64,000 nucleotides of DNA from Opitutales bacterium (GCA_040398005.1 JBBAUX010000002.1:64001-128000); one strand, 5' to 3'. Positions 18,204-29,409 are shown, numbered from the stretch's first letter. The notes: generated by a model not told the origin, from the sequence alone. Made by a program: numbers and translations.

Positions 18204-19463
18204 ATGACACCTCCCTCCGCTAGCGCTGGTCGTATCACTATCACGAACGGCACACTGAATGTACCCGATCACCCCATCATTCCTTTTATCGAAGGTGACG
18301 GTACGGGCCCGGATATCTGGCGCGCTTCGGTTCGTGTCTTCGATGCTGCCGTAGCCAAAGCTTATCACGGAAAACGTAAAATTGAATGGCTCGAAGTTTT
18401 AGCGGGCGAAAAATCTTTCAAGAAAACGAACGATTGGTTACCCGAAGCCACCCTCACGGCTTTTCGAGATTATCTCGTCGGAATCAAAGGACCGCTCACC
18501 ACTCCGACCGGTGGTGGCATTCGTTCGCTTAATGTCGCGCTCCGCCAACAATTGGATCTCTACGTTTGTCTCCGTCCGGTGCAATGGTTCATCGGCGTTC
18601 CTTCACCTGTAAAAAATCCCGGTAAAGTAAATATGGTAATTTTCCGCGAGAACACCGAAGATATTTACGCTGGAATTGATTTTGAAGCGGGCTCGGAAGT
18701 CGCGCTCAAAACTTTGGAGTTTATCAAGACGAACTTCCCCAAAGAGTTTAAGAAAATCCGCTTTGGTGCAGAGCAACCCGCGACCGTCGGCCTCGGAATT
18801 AAGCCCGTTTCTAAGCCTGGTTCTGAACGTTTAATCCGTTCGGCGATTCAATATGCCATCGAGAATAAGCGTAAATCTCTGACCTTAGTTCATAAAGGAA
18901 ATATCATGAAATACACCGAAGGGGCTTTCATGAAATGGGGATACGATTTGGCGAAAAATGAATTTGGTGCCGTAGAAATCGAGGGCGGCCCTTGGTGCAA
19001 AATTCCTGAAGGCAAGCCCGGTGCTGGCCTCGTGATTAAAGACGCGATTGCGGACATCACCCTACAACAAATTCTGACACGTCCGACCGACTTCGACGTC
19101 ATCGCGACGCTGAATCTTAATGGCGATTATCTTTCCGACGCCCTTGCTGCGCAAGTGGGCGGTATCGGTATCGCTCCCGGTGGAAATATTAATTATCTAA
19201 CCGGACATGCGATCTTTGAGGCGACCCACGGTACTGCGCCGAAGTATGCTGATAAGGACGTCGTCAATCCTGGCTCCGTCGTTCTCAGTGGCGAAATGAT
19301 GTTCCGCTACCTGGGTTGGACCGAAGCGGCTGATCTCATTCTAAAAGGTTTGAATGGTGCGATTGGTGGTGGTCGCGTGACTTATGATTTCGCCCGACAA
19401 ATGGAAGGTGCGAAGGAAATTAAGTGCTCGGAGTTCGGGGATGCGATTATCGAAAAAATGTAG
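18204..19463 (+). CDS. icd: Isocitrate dehydrogenase (NADP+, E. coli-type)
   Basis: [61 protein letters not shown]. Confidence 0.96.
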   Translation: MTPPSASAGRITITNGTLNVPDHPIIPFIEGDGTGPDIWRASVRVFDAAVAKAYHGKRKIEWLEVLAGEKSFKKTNDWLPEATLTAFRDYLVGIKGPLTTPTGGGIRSLNVALRQQLDLYVCLRPVQWFIGVPSPVKNPGKVNMVIFRENTEDIYAGIDFEAGSEVALKTLEFIKTNFPKEFKKIRFGAEQPATVGLGIKPVSKPGSERLIRSAIQYAIENKRKSLTLVHKGNIMKYTEGAFMKWGYDLAKNEFGAVEIEGGPWCKIPEGKPGAGLVIKDAIADITLQQILTRPTDFDVIATLNLNGDYLSDALAAQVGGIGIAPGGNINYLTGHAIFEATHGTAPKYADKDVVNPGSVVLSGEMMFRYLGWTEAADLILKGLNGAIGGGRVTYDFARQMEGAKEIKCSEFGDAIIEKM

Positions 19464-19492
19464 TTCATCCTTTATTTTATTAGCTAAATTCG

Positions 19493-19531
19493 AACAGGGC
19501 AGGCCTTCTTGAGGCTTGCCCTGTTATTTTT
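19493..19531 (+). terminator. Intrinsic terminator after icd
   Basis: AACAGGGCAGGCCT-TCTTG-AGGCTTGCCCTGTT followed by ATTTTT. Confidence 0.8.
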
Positions 19532-19551
19532 AATAAGACAAATTTCTCTTC

Positions 19552-20319
19552 ATGAAAAACTCGCTGCGTGCACTGGCTTTAACCGTATTTACAATGGGCG
19601 TCGCCCAAGCTCAAAACACCCCGAGCAGTCCCTTAGGTTCCGACCTTTCGGTTCGTGCTAATTTTTCGTGGGCTTCAAAAAATGTTGCCCGTGGTAAAGA
19701 GCGCTCCAGCGAGGAAGGTTTATTTCAATGTCAATTAACGGTCGAGTACGCCGTCCCCACCATCATCGGCACCTCTGTTTATTTCAGTGGCTATAGTGCA
19801 GATAGTTTTGAAAAAGTTTACGGCGCCGGTGTTCGTCGCAGCATGGAATGCGGCACGCTTGATATTGGCTACCAGCATACCAAGGCTAATAATCACTTCG
19901 TGAATACGAATGGTGTTGCGGGTTATACTTTGGCACCGTCCGACAATGAATATTACATCGGACTCGTTTTATCGAAGGATGTTTTTCTCCGTCCTTCGGC
20001 TTACCTGTTTTATAGCGATGAGTTAAGACAGTATAACTTCGTCGTTTCGGCCCGTAAGGATTTCGACGGAAGTGATATTGGCTTATCCGCGATCAATATT
20101 GTAACCAAGCTCTATGCCGGTTCGATCTACGCATCGGACTCGAATTGGGATACGGCCAACTCTTACCTGTATGCTGGTGCCTCGATGGATTTCATTTATG
20201 CTATCAGTCCTAGCGCTAGCGTGGGCACCGGGCTTAATTTCGCGTATAATAATGATAATGCGGCAGACACTAAGGGTGGAGTCTTCTGGTACCGTTTTTT
20301 TGCTAATTTCCGCTTTTAA
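19552..20319 (+). CDS. Outer-membrane beta-barrel protein, possibly TorF-like porin
   Basis: Signal peptide, ASKNVARG segment resembling the S.Y..RG start of TorF-like barrels, aromatic-rich strands, C-terminal FRF. Confidence 0.6.
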   Translation: MKNSLRALALTVFTMGVAQAQNTPSSPLGSDLSVRANFSWASKNVARGKERSSEEGLFQCQLTVEYAVPTIIGTSVYFSGYSADSFEKVYGAGVRRSMECGTLDIGYQHTKANNHFVNTNGVAGYTLAPSDNEYYIGLVLSKDVFLRPSAYLFYSDELRQYNFVVSARKDFDGSDIGLSAINIVTKLYAGSIYASDSNWDTANSYLYAGASMDFIYAISPSASVGTGLNFAYNNDNAADTKGGVFWYRFFANFRF

Positions 20320-20453
20320 GGGGCAAAGTAGGGTTTTTGGCTAAATCGCCTAAACATCCTCTCTCTAATTAAAAGCACTCTCACCGTATGATTTGCCCAT
20401 TCGGGTGTTGACGGAGGGGTCTCAAGCCTCATTTTCCGACTTTCCCTCTTTTT

Positions 20454-20897
20454 ATGAAGACCACGCTAGCTAAGAATGTGCAGCTCAAAGACAAAACTTG
20501 GTACATTATTGATGCCAAGGACCAAGTCCTCGGACGCCTCGCAGTCAAAATTTCCAACGTCCTCCGCGGACGTCATAAACCCACCTACACTCCACACGTG
20601 GACACAGGTGATTACGTCATCGTGATCAACGCAGACAAAGTGCGCTTAACCGGCACCAAAGAAACCGACAAAACTTACATGTTCTACACCGGTTGGGTAG
20701 GTACTGCTTACCGCCGCACAGTTTCTGCTATGCGCGAACGTCGTCCTGAATTTATCGTTAAGCACGCGGTCAAAGGCATGCTTCCTAAAAATCGTTTAGC
20801 GAATGACATGCTCCTTAAGCTTCGCGTTTACGCTGGTGAAAAGCACGATCAAGCTGCTTCCAACCCAGTTCCATTCCCATCCTTTCCTAAGGTCTAA
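20454..20897 (+). CDS. rplM: 50S ribosomal protein L13
   Basis: WYIIDA, LGRLA, HKPTYTPHVDTGD, AVKGMLPKN. Confidence 0.98.
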   Translation: MKTTLAKNVQLKDKTWYIIDAKDQVLGRLAVKISNVLRGRHKPTYTPHVDTGDYVIVINADKVRLTGTKETDKTYMFYTGWVGTAYRRTVSAMRERRPEFIVKHAVKGMLPKNRLANDMLLKLRVYAGEKHDQAASNPVPFPSFPKV

Positions 20898-20913
20898 TTT
20901 TTAATATTACTCA

Positions 20914-21315
20914 ATGAGCGCCACTAAGTCATCCGCCATCACTGCCGTCGGCCGTCGTAAGACTGCTTCGGCTCGTATCCGCCTTTCTCGCGGAACTGGA
21001 GTTATTTCCGTCAACGGAAAACCTGTAGAAGAATATCTTTACACTGAAGCCCTCGTTAAAGCGGCCACTGCTCCATTGCGAACAGCGGGTCTCGAAGGCC
21101 AAGTAGACGTTTCGGTTAATGTTATCGGCGGTGGTCCTAACGGCCAAGCTGGTGCCATTTCCCACGGATTAGCTCGCGCCCTCCAAAAGATGGATGCGAC
21201 TCTTCGTGCTCCACTCAAGAAAGAAGGCCTCCTTACCCGCGATGGTCGTATGCGCGAACGTAAGAAGCCCGGTCAGCCAGGCGCCCGCAAGCGCTTCCAG
21301 TTCTCGAAGCGCTAA
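20914..21315 (+). CDS. rpsI: 30S ribosomal protein S9
   Basis: GRRKT, GGG..GQAGA, ERKKPG, RFQFSKR. Confidence 0.98.
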   Translation: MSATKSSAITAVGRRKTASARIRLSRGTGVISVNGKPVEEYLYTEALVKAATAPLRTAGLEGQVDVSVNVIGGGPNGQAGAISHGLARALQKMDATLRAPLKKEGLLTRDGRMRERKKPGQPGARKRFQFSKR

Positions 21316-21335
21316 ACCGCCTCGGAAAAGGAAGA

Positions 21336-21365
21336 AAAAAGGCCCCGGCACCCCGGGGCCTTTTT
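21336..21365 (+). terminator. Intrinsic terminator after rpsI
   Basis: GGCCCCGG-CACC-CCGGGGCC followed by TTTTT. Confidence 0.88.
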
Positions 21366-21426
21366 GTTGGCGAGTTTTGCTATGTCCAAACGACCATTCC
21401 TCCCTTAACTTTTTATCAATCACACC

Positions 21427-22476
21427 ATGTCTCAATCACTGATCCAAGTCGGCATCGTTGGCGCCTCTGGCTACACAGGCGAAGAGCTCGTTGGTATCCT
21501 CGCCCAACACCCCCACGTCGAACTCGCGATGGTTTGCTCGCGGTCCCTCGCCGGAAAAAAAGTGGTGGATGAGCTGCCTAGACTCCGGGGCAAGGTGAAT
21601 GCAAATTTAGTTTTTTCTGCATCCTCACCTCAAGAGTGTGCCGCTTCCGCGGTCGGCGTTTGGTTTTTGGCTCTGCCTCATGGGGTCGCTACCGAATACG
21701 CCCAGCCTCTCGTGGCTGCAGGGAAAAAGGTTTTGGATCTCTCGGCCGATTTTCGGCTGAAGGATTTACAGATTTATAAAAAATATTACGGCCACGATCA
21801 TCCCGCGCCCCAACTCACTTCGCAGGCGCGGTATGTGATTCCCGAATTACAACTGGATGATGCTTGGAAGAAGATTTCCCTCGTGGCTTGCCCCGGTTGC
21901 TACCCAACCAGCATTCAAATCCCTATCATCCCTTTATTACGGGCTGGCTTAATTAAGCCCGAGCCCGGTCGGTGCATTATTAATTCTTACAGCGGCGTAT
22001 CGGGAGCAGGTAAGAAAGCCGATGTAAATTACCTTTTCTGTGAGCGGGATGGGTCGATGAAAGCCTATGGTATTCCGAATCACAGACATATCGCGGAAAT
22101 CGAAGAACAACTGAGCGGAGCTGCCGGTAAAGCTATCGTCGTCCAATTTAATCCACACCTCGCTCCGATGCATCGAGGTATTTCGACCACGATTGTGGTT
22201 CCGGCCAATGGAGCCACGGCCGCCCAAGTTGAAAACTGCTGGCAAAAAGCTTTTGCCGATAAGCCTTTCGTTTCGATTTTAAAATCAGGCGATTTTCCCG
22301 ATACCGCCCACGTGGCGTACTCAAATCAAATCGAGATTTCGGTGGTCGCCGATGAACGGACCGGAAATTTAATTATCACTTCAGTCATTGATAACTTATT
22401 GAAAGGCGCGGGCGGTCAGGCCGTGCAAATTCTTAATCTGATGATGGGCTGGAACGAAACCACCGGATTACGTTAA
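21427..22476 (+). CDS. argC: N-acetyl-gamma-glutamyl-phosphate reductase
   Basis: GASGYTG, ALPHG, DLSADFR, PGCYPT, SGVSGAG, DNLLKGAGGQAVQ. Confidence 0.96.
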   Translation: MSQSLIQVGIVGASGYTGEELVGILAQHPHVELAMVCSRSLAGKKVVDELPRLRGKVNANLVFSASSPQECAASAVGVWFLALPHGVATEYAQPLVAAGKKVLDLSADFRLKDLQIYKKYYGHDHPAPQLTSQARYVIPELQLDDAWKKISLVACPGCYPTSIQIPIIPLLRAGLIKPEPGRCIINSYSGVSGAGKKADVNYLFCERDGSMKAYGIPNHRHIAEIEEQLSGAAGKAIVVQFNPHLAPMHRGISTTIVVPANGATAAQVENCWQKAFADKPFVSILKSGDFPDTAHVAYSNQIEISVVADERTGNLIITSVIDNLLKGAGGQAVQILNLMMGWNETTGLR

Positions 22477-22490
22477 TTTACAACATCTCT

Positions 22491-23720
22491 ATGGATATTG
22501 ATTTTATTGATGACTCAGCAGGTCTGTCCGACGTCCCCGGTTTCCGGGTTGGGGCCGCCGGGTGCGATATTAGAAATAAGAACTTGGATCGACTCGACCT
22601 CACTTTAATCGTCGCTGACCAACCCTGCAGTGCCGCGGGTGTATTTACGACGAACGACGTCAAAGCCGCACCCGTTCGGTATTCACAAAATATTTTATTA
22701 CTTTCCAAAGGAAAAATCAGGGGTGTCGTCGCCAACAGTGGCAACGCAAATGCTTGCACTTCCCAACAAGGGGATGTTGACGCTCAACTGATGGCGGAAC
22801 TTTCGGCCAAAGCCGTGGGTACGCCCACCGAAGCTTTTCTGGTTTGTTCAACCGGAAGAATTGGCGAGTTACTGCCCATGGCGAAGGTCGCTCTAGGTAT
22901 AAACACCGCTAGCCAAAATTTGTCGAATAAAGCGACCGAAGGTCGGAGAGCCGCTGAATCTATTTTAACCTCCGATACTAGACCTAAAACAGCGACCGCT
23001 TCGTTTGTCTGGCAGGGCAAAAAGGTAACAGTCGCAGGCTTTGCTAAAGGTGCTGGTATGATTGAGCCGAACATGGCGACGATGTTGGCGTTTGTGGCTA
23101 CCGATGCCGATGTGAACGCCGTCACTCTCAAAAAATCTTTATTATCCGCGACTCAACAATCGTTCAATTGCGTGAGCGTCGATGGTGATATGTCGACCAA
23201 CGACACAGTCATCTTGATGGCCTCAGGCGTTTCTAAAGTAGTCGTTGATGAAAAGGCTGATCCAGATTTGCGAAAACTTTTCCAAGCCACTTTAGATAAA
23301 ATCTGTTTTGCGTTGGCGGAAAAAATTGTCGGTGATGGTGAAAAAATCACGAAAGTTGTCTCGGTCGAAGTTCACGGTGCGCGGACGCGTGCAGACGCCG
23401 AAAAAATTGCTCGGGCCATTGGCAATTCGTTACTCGTCAAATCCTCTTGGTTTGGTGAAGACCCTAACTGGGGACGTTTAGCGGATGCGGCTGGCTACGC
23501 CCGGACGGGTTTAGATGAAGCTAAATTAGACATCCACTATAACGACGTGTCCGCCGTGGTGGGTGGACGTCCGATTCCTGAAAATAAGCCTCAGTGGAAG
23601 GAAGTGGTTAAAGCTCGGCAGTTTAAGGTTAGAATCAACCTGAACCTTGGTTCGGCCCATTTCCGTTTACTCGCGTCGGATCTCACCGATGGATACGTGA
23701 ACTACAACAAGAGCGAGTAA
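22491..23720 (+). CDS. argJ: Ornithine acetyltransferase / N-acetylglutamate synthase
   Basis: NSGNANACT, STGRIG, KGAGMIEPNMATML, DGDMSTND, DPNWGR. Confidence 0.96.
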   Translation: MDIDFIDDSAGLSDVPGFRVGAAGCDIRNKNLDRLDLTLIVADQPCSAAGVFTTNDVKAAPVRYSQNILLLSKGKIRGVVANSGNANACTSQQGDVDAQLMAELSAKAVGTPTEAFLVCSTGRIGELLPMAKVALGINTASQNLSNKATEGRRAAESILTSDTRPKTATASFVWQGKKVTVAGFAKGAGMIEPNMATMLAFVATDADVNAVTLKKSLLSATQQSFNCVSVDGDMSTNDTVILMASGVSKVVVDEKADPDLRKLFQATLDKICFALAEKIVGDGEKITKVVSVEVHGARTRADAEKIARAIGNSLLVKSSWFGEDPNWGRLADAAGYARTGLDEAKLDIHYNDVSAVVGGRPIPENKPQWKEVVKARQFKVRINLNLGSAHFRLLASDLTDGYVNYNKSE

Positions 23721-23773
23721 GATTATTTTCCAATTGCCCGTTGGCTTTCCACCCTCACTTTTAAATCTGTCTG

Positions 23774-24655
23774 ATGAGTACGCCTGCTGTCCATAAAGCT
23801 GAAGTTCTTCTTGAAGCACTTCCTTATATCCAAAAATTCCGTGGCTCCACCTTCGTGGTCAAATACGGCGGAAGTTTTATGGATGATCCTAGTCCTGAAG
23901 GCAGAGACCGGGTCGCTACCGATATTGCATTTTTAGCCGCCGTCGGCATTCAAGTCGTCGTCGTTCACGGCGGAGGCAAAGCGATTACTCGGGCCATGGA
24001 AACTGCTGGAATTAAATCTGAGTTCCGTGGCGGGATGCGGGTGACTGATGCGGCCACTGTAAAAATTGTCGAAGATACTTTGAACAAAGAAATCAACGGA
24101 CAGATCTGCGATTCACTTCGGGCGCGGGGTGCTAATCCACTCGGCATGCCAGGCAATCACGTTAACTTGTGCGAAAAACTTTTAGGTACTGATGAAGCTG
24201 GTAATCCCATCGATATCGGCTTCGTGGGTGATATTAAATTTGTGAAAGCAAAATTAATAAAAAAAGCTTTAGCGGATGGGTTTCTCCCGGTCGTTTCACC
24301 GATGGCGTTGGATGGAGATGACCACCCCTATAACACCAACGCGGATGTTGCCGCTGCTGCCATTGCCAATTCTCTGCGGGCCAGAAGGCTCATTTTTATG
24401 AGCGATGTGCCAGGTTTGTTGGCTGATCCGAAAGATCCATCGACTTTAATTACTACCTTAAAGGTGGGCGAAGTGGATGAGCTTAAAAAGAAGGGCGTGA
24501 TCGCTGGAGGAATGATTCCTAAAGTGGATAGCGCGGTTAAGGCACTCAAAGAAGGAGTACGGAGAGTGCACTTTATTGATGGTCGGGTTCCTCATTCACT
24601 GCTCTTAGAAGTCTTTACCGATAAGGGTATCGGCACGGAGATTGTCCACGGATAA
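23774..24655 (+). CDS. argB: Acetylglutamate kinase
   Basis: [38 protein letters not shown]. Confidence 0.96.
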   Translation: MSTPAVHKAEVLLEALPYIQKFRGSTFVVKYGGSFMDDPSPEGRDRVATDIAFLAAVGIQVVVVHGGGKAITRAMETAGIKSEFRGGMRVTDAATVKIVEDTLNKEINGQICDSLRARGANPLGMPGNHVNLCEKLLGTDEAGNPIDIGFVGDIKFVKAKLIKKALADGFLPVVSPMALDGDDHPYNTNADVAAAAIANSLRARRLIFMSDVPGLLADPKDPSTLITTLKVGEVDELKKKGVIAGGMIPKVDSAVKALKEGVRRVHFIDGRVPHSLLLEVFTDKGIGTEIVHG

Positions 24656-25884
24656 TGTTACACGACTCTGTCCATTCTTCCGACGAGTCTGCCAAACTCT
24701 ATATCCAATTTTTGGCTAAAAATTATTCGACTCAAGCCATTACCTTGGTGAAGGGTAAGGGTACGCGGGTGTGGGATGCCCACGGAAAAGCCTATTTAGA
24801 TTTTGCCTCAGGAATTGCCGTCAACTCAGTCGGTCATGCTCATCCTGTGATGGTTAAAAGAATCAGTGAGCAGGCTGAAAAATTAATTCACGTCAGCAAT
24901 CTCTACCGGAATGAGCCTCAAGCTAAGTTGGTTGAATCGCTTTCAAAATATTGTGGCTCCGGAAGATTTTTATTTTGTAACAGCGGTGCTGAAGCTAATG
25001 AAGCGCTTTTAAAACTCGCCCGGCTTCACGGTAAGAAAAAATCAGGCGTTGAAGGAAAATGTATCGGAGTCGTGGTTGCCGAAAAAGCCTTTCACGGGCG
25101 GACCTTTGGGGGTATGTCTGCCACTCCTCAGGAGAAAATCCAATCAGGCTTTAGACCCTTATTGACAGGCTTTTCCTCGGCTCCGCTGAATGACATCGCT
25201 GCTTGGGATAAAGCCATCAGTGCCACCGACACCGCTGCGGTTTTATTAGAAACCATTCAAGGGGAGGGTGGTATCTTTCCAGCTGATCCCGTTTTCTTAC
25301 AACAACTGCAAAAAATCTGTCAGGAAAGAAATGTCTTATTACTCATTGATGAAATTCAGTGCGGTATTGGTCGAACGGGTAAATTCTTTGCCTATGAATT
25401 CTCGGGAATTAAACCTGACGCGATTGCGATGGCGAAAGGCCTCGGTGGCGGATTTCCCATTGGTGCTATCTGGATGGCTCCACCGTATGATGAACTTTTT
25501 CAGCCTGGTTCGCACGGTACCACGTTTGGTGGTGGTGCTTTAGCAGCGGCCGCCGCCCTCTCCGTTATCGAAATTATTGAAAGTGAAAATCTCGTTGCTC
25601 GGGTGGCTGCCCAATCTCCGGCCTGGCATGAATCTCTGAAAAAATTAGCGCAAAAGTATCCTACGATTATCAAAGAAATTCGGGGTGTCGGATACATGGT
25701 CGGTGTCGGGATGAATATTGATCCGCTTCCCGTCGTTGCTGCTCTGCGTGAAGCAGGATTGTTGACCGTACCGGCGAGTGGAATTGCGATACGGTTGTTG
25801 CCGCCATTAAATGCGACAGTCGCCGAGTTAAATGAGGCTGTCGAAATTTTTGACCGGGTGTTAAGTGCGTGGAAAGTCGCTTAA
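24655..25884 (+). CDS. argD: Acetylornithine aminotransferase
   Basis: NSGAEANE, FHGRT, IQGEGG, DEIQCG.GRTG, AKGLGGGFPIG, HGTTFGG; within the arg operon. Confidence 0.93.
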   Translation: MLHDSVHSSDESAKLYIQFLAKNYSTQAITLVKGKGTRVWDAHGKAYLDFASGIAVNSVGHAHPVMVKRISEQAEKLIHVSNLYRNEPQAKLVESLSKYCGSGRFLFCNSGAEANEALLKLARLHGKKKSGVEGKCIGVVVAEKAFHGRTFGGMSATPQEKIQSGFRPLLTGFSSAPLNDIAAWDKAISATDTAAVLLETIQGEGGIFPADPVFLQQLQKICQERNVLLLIDEIQCGIGRTGKFFAYEFSGIKPDAIAMAKGLGGGFPIGAIWMAPPYDELFQPGSHGTTFGGGALAAAAALSVIEIIESENLVARVAAQSPAWHESLKKLAQKYPTIIKEIRGVGYMVGVGMNIDPLPVVAALREAGLLTVPASGIAIRLLPPLNATVAELNEAVEIFDRVLSAWKVA

Positions 25885-25952
25885 ACCGCTATTCCAGCAC
25901 ATTTTCGCCTGTCCAAAATCGTTTCGCTAGATAGTTTTAAACACCTTCTCTC

Positions 25953-26897
25953 ATGCGTCACTTCCTCAAAGAGACCGATTTAAGTTTGGCTGAAATCCAA
26001 TCGATTTTTGCCCAGGCTGCTTTGTTGAAATCGCAAAGGGGTCAGGCTAAATCTCAGGATCTCGCCCAGCAGTCCTGGGGCCTACTTTTTTTCAAGAAGA
26101 GTACCCGGACCCGAGTTTCTTTTCAGGTCGGCGTCCATGAACTTGGCGGACAGCCCGTCATGCTGAATGCGGATGACATGCAAATCTCGCGTGGCGAAAC
26201 GGTAGCGGATACCGCAAAAGTTTTATCACGTTATTTGCATGGCATGGTTATCCGGTGCCATGAACACAAACTCTTAGAAGATTTTGCTCAATCGGGCACG
26301 ATACCAGTCGTGAATGCATTATCTGACTTCCTGCACCCCTGTCAGTTTATGACTGATATGTTCACGCTCGCGGAACGTTGGTCGAAAGGAAAACCAGAAA
26401 ATTTTGCGAGTTCCTTAAAAGGACGGAAGGTTGCTTTCTTGGGTGACACTGCCTGTAACATGGCGAACTCATTTATTCTCGGCGGAGCTGCTCTCGGTGT
26501 GGAAATTGCTTTAGCGGGTCCAGCTGGCTACGAGCCCACCGCAGAAATTAAACAACAGCTTAAAAAAGATGGACTCAAGGAAACATTTACTTTTACGACC
26601 GACGCCGCTGCTGCGGTTAAGGGTGCAGACATGGTTTATACCGATGTTTGGGTGAGCATGGGCATGGAGGCTGAAAAGGCCGAAAGACTTAAAACCATGC
26701 AACCTTATCAAGTGAATTCGAAGCTGATGGCTCTGGCTAAACCCGATGCGTATTTCATGCACTGCTTGCCTGCTCACCCAGGCGAAGAAGTAACCGCCGA
26801 AGTTTTAGCGAGTCCGCAAAGCATTATTTTTGATCAAGCGGAAAACAGACTCCACGTGCAAAAAGCCATTCTCGCCCATTTAACCCGACACCGCTAA
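25953..26897 (+). CDS. argF: Ornithine carbamoyltransferase
   Basis: STRTR, HPCQ, YTDVWVSMG, HCLP, QAENRLH. Confidence 0.96.
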   Translation: MRHFLKETDLSLAEIQSIFAQAALLKSQRGQAKSQDLAQQSWGLLFFKKSTRTRVSFQVGVHELGGQPVMLNADDMQISRGETVADTAKVLSRYLHGMVIRCHEHKLLEDFAQSGTIPVVNALSDFLHPCQFMTDMFTLAERWSKGKPENFASSLKGRKVAFLGDTACNMANSFILGGAALGVEIALAGPAGYEPTAEIKQQLKKDGLKETFTFTTDAAAAVKGADMVYTDVWVSMGMEAEKAERLKTMQPYQVNSKLMALAKPDAYFMHCLPAHPGEEVTAEVLASPQSIIFDQAENRLHVQKAILAHLTRHR

Positions 26898-26915
26898 TTT
26901 ATTATTTAATATACC

Positions 26916-28172
26916 ATGAGTAAGAAAAAGAAAATCGTCCTCGCCTATTCGGGCGGACTCGACACCTCCGTCCTCCTATCTTGGATTAAGGATAAGCATC
27001 ATGCCGAGATGATCGCATTTTGCGCCGACATCGGCCAAGAAGATGAGTTGAAGGGCTTGAAGCAAAAAGCGCTCAAGACCGGTGCGTCTAAACTTTATAT
27101 TGATGACCTCCAAGAGGAATTCGCCCGCGACTTTATTTTCCCGATGATGCAAGCGGGTGCGATTTACGAAGGTCAATACTACCTCGGTACATCGATTGCC
27201 CGTCCACTCATCGCCAAGCGCATGGTTGAGATTGCTCGCAAAGAAGGTGCGACCGCCATTGCTCACGGTGCGACGGGTAAGGGTAATGACCAAGTGCGTT
27301 TTGAATTAACCTGTGCGGCCTTAGCACCTGATTTAGAAATCATCGCGCCATGGCGTAATGAGGAATTCCGTGCCGATTTCCCCGGTCGTGCTGAAATGAT
27401 CGCCTATTGCGCGAAGAATAAAATCCCGGTCGAAGCGAGTGCGAAAAAGCCCTATTCTTCGGATCGAAACCTTCTTCACATTTCTTATGAAGCTGGCATT
27501 CTAGAGGATCCTTGGATGGATGCTTTTGCACCTGCGAACAAGGCCATGTTCAAACTTTCCGTTTCACCGGAAGACGCTCCGAATAAACCTGAGTATGTTG
27601 AACTCGAATTCCGCCAAGGTGATTGTATCGCGGTAAACGGTAAGAAGATGAATCCGCTCGGAGTGATGCGCACGCTGAATAAAATCGGTGGCCGTCATGG
27701 CGTCGGTCGAGTCGACATGGTAGAAAATCGTTTCGTCGGCATGAAGAGTCGCGGCGTTTATGAAACACCAGGCGGTACGATTTTACATTTCGCTCACCGT
27801 CAGATTGAATCCTTAACCATGGATCGCGAAGTGATGCACTTACGCGACTCTTTAGTTCCTCGTTACGCGACCTTAGTTTACAATGGTTTCTGGTATGCTC
27901 CCGAGCGCCTAGCCCTACAGGCACTCATCACTGAATCTCAACGCAACGTGACTGGCACGGTTCGTGTGAAACTCTATAAAGGTGGTACTTATGTCGCAGG
28001 TCGAAAGAGTCCTCGCTCGTTGTACAATCCACATATTGCGACGATGGAAGCGGATCCAACCAAAGCTTACAATCAAGACGACGCTACGGGATTCATTCGC
28101 CTCAATGGTTTACGTTTACGCGTGAACTCAAAGGTCAATGGCGTGCAGAACTTAAGTAAGACCGTTCGATAA
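26916..28172 (+). CDS. argG: Argininosuccinate synthase
   Basis: [38 protein letters not shown]. Confidence 0.97.
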   Translation: MSKKKKIVLAYSGGLDTSVLLSWIKDKHHAEMIAFCADIGQEDELKGLKQKALKTGASKLYIDDLQEEFARDFIFPMMQAGAIYEGQYYLGTSIARPLIAKRMVEIARKEGATAIAHGATGKGNDQVRFELTCAALAPDLEIIAPWRNEEFRADFPGRAEMIAYCAKNKIPVEASAKKPYSSDRNLLHISYEAGILEDPWMDAFAPANKAMFKLSVSPEDAPNKPEYVELEFRQGDCIAVNGKKMNPLGVMRTLNKIGGRHGVGRVDMVENRFVGMKSRGVYETPGGTILHFAHRQIESLTMDREVMHLRDSLVPRYATLVYNGFWYAPERLALQALITESQRNVTGTVRVKLYKGGTYVAGRKSPRSLYNPHIATMEADPTKAYNQDDATGFIRLNGLRLRVNSKVNGVQNLSKTVR

Positions 28173-28190
28173 CACTAAGACACACCGATT

Positions 28191-28219
28191 AAAAAAGGCG
28201 TCCAGTGGACGCCTTTTTT
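28191..28219. terminator. Bidirectional terminator between argG and tRNA-Cys
   Basis: AAAAAAGGCGTCCA-G-TGGACGCCTTTTTT between convergent genes. Confidence 0.85.
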
Positions 28220-28231
28220 GTTACTTTAAAT

Positions 28232-28306
28232 TGGAGGCGCGGGTCGGAATTGAACCGACGCATGGGGCTTTTGCAGAGCCCGGCCTTACCACTTGGCTAC
28301 CGCGCC
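28232..28306 (-). tRNA. tRNA-Cys (GCA)
   Basis: Reverse complement GGCGCGGTAGCCAAGTGGTAAGGCCGGGCTCTGCAAAAGCCCCATGCGTCGGTTCAATTCCGACCCGCGCCTCCA; U73 discriminator. Confidence 0.96.
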
Positions 28307-28402
28307 TAACACCTACAGGGCGTACTCTGCCACTTGTTAACTTTCTTTCAAGGGTTTTATGCAATGGCTTTCCTTTCTCAAATTATCCATTAAAACAGGG
28401 TA

Positions 28403-28894
28403 ATGTCAGCCCAACCTCCCTATCGTATTGGACTCGGTTACGACATTCATCCGCTCGTCTCTGGCCGTCCCTGTATTCTGGGAGGGGTCACGATTCCCTC
28501 AACGATGGGCCCTGATGGGCATTCCGACGCCGATGTTTTATTGCACGCCGTAGCCGACGCACTTTTGGGCGCGGCCGGACTTCGCGATATCGGATATTAT
28601 TTTCCGAATACGGATCCAAATATCAAAAATATCAAATCCGACCTGATTGTTAAAAAGGCTCTCGAGGAGATAAAAAAGTTGGGATGGATCGTGGGGAATA
28701 TCGACGTGGTCGTCATCGCCGAACAGCCAAAAATTTCTGAACACATCACCCAAATCAAAAAATCTATTTCAGGACTTTTAGAAGTGGGCGAAGATCAAGT
28801 CGGGGTAAAGGCGACGACGAATGAAGGGATGGACTCGATTGGCCAGGGTAGGGCTATTGCGGTTCAGGCTATTTGCATGCTTTTGAAAGCCTAA
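28403..28894 (+). CDS. ispF: 2-C-methyl-D-erythritol 2,4-cyclodiphosphate synthase
   Basis: RIGLGYDIH, GHSDADV..HA, DIG..FP, VKATTNE. Confidence 0.96.
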   Translation: MSAQPPYRIGLGYDIHPLVSGRPCILGGVTIPSTMGPDGHSDADVLLHAVADALLGAAGLRDIGYYFPNTDPNIKNIKSDLIVKKALEEIKKLGWIVGNIDVVVIAEQPKISEHITQIKKSISGLLEVGEDQVGVKATTNEGMDSIGQGRAIAVQAICMLLKA

Positions 28895-28958
28895 ATAGAG
28901 GGTTTAGTCCTTTCCGTCTTGTCAAATCGGTCTAAACAAACTCTCTCCAATTAAATCT

Positions 28959-29372
28959 ATGGAGCAGACCCTTATTATTTTAAAACCCGATTGTATGGAG
29001 CACCGCCATTATGGCACTGTTCTCGCGCGCTTTGAAGCTGCTGGTTTTGACATTCAAGCCTGCAAATTAACCCGCCTCACGCCTGGTCAATTACGCGAAC
29101 ACTATGCGCACGTTGCGGATAAACCTTTTTATCCTGACATCGAAACTTTCATGTCCTCACGTCCCGTGATTATCGCTGTCTTAAGCGGTCAAAACGTCAT
29201 CGCTCGCGTGCGTGAATTGCTCGGACCCACGAATTCAAAAGTCGCTCCTAAAGGCACCATTCGCGGTGATTTTGGAACGGAGATGATGCGCAATGTTTGT
29301 CACGCCTCGGACAGCCCAGAGGCTGCCGCTGCTGAAATCAAACGTTTTTTTAGCGCGACCGAAATTTTCTAA
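28959..29372 (+). CDS. ndk: Nucleoside diphosphate kinase
   Basis: TLIILKPD, GTIRGDF, N.CHASDS. Confidence 0.96.
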   Translation: MEQTLIILKPDCMEHRHYGTVLARFEAAGFDIQACKLTRLTPGQLREHYAHVADKPFYPDIETFMSSRPVIIAVLSGQNVIARVRELLGPTNSKVAPKGTIRGDFGTEMMRNVCHASDSPEAAAAEIKRFFSATEIF

Positions 29373-29409
29373 GTCTGCTACTTTCTATTTTTTTAGGGGT
29401 TTTAAAAGA

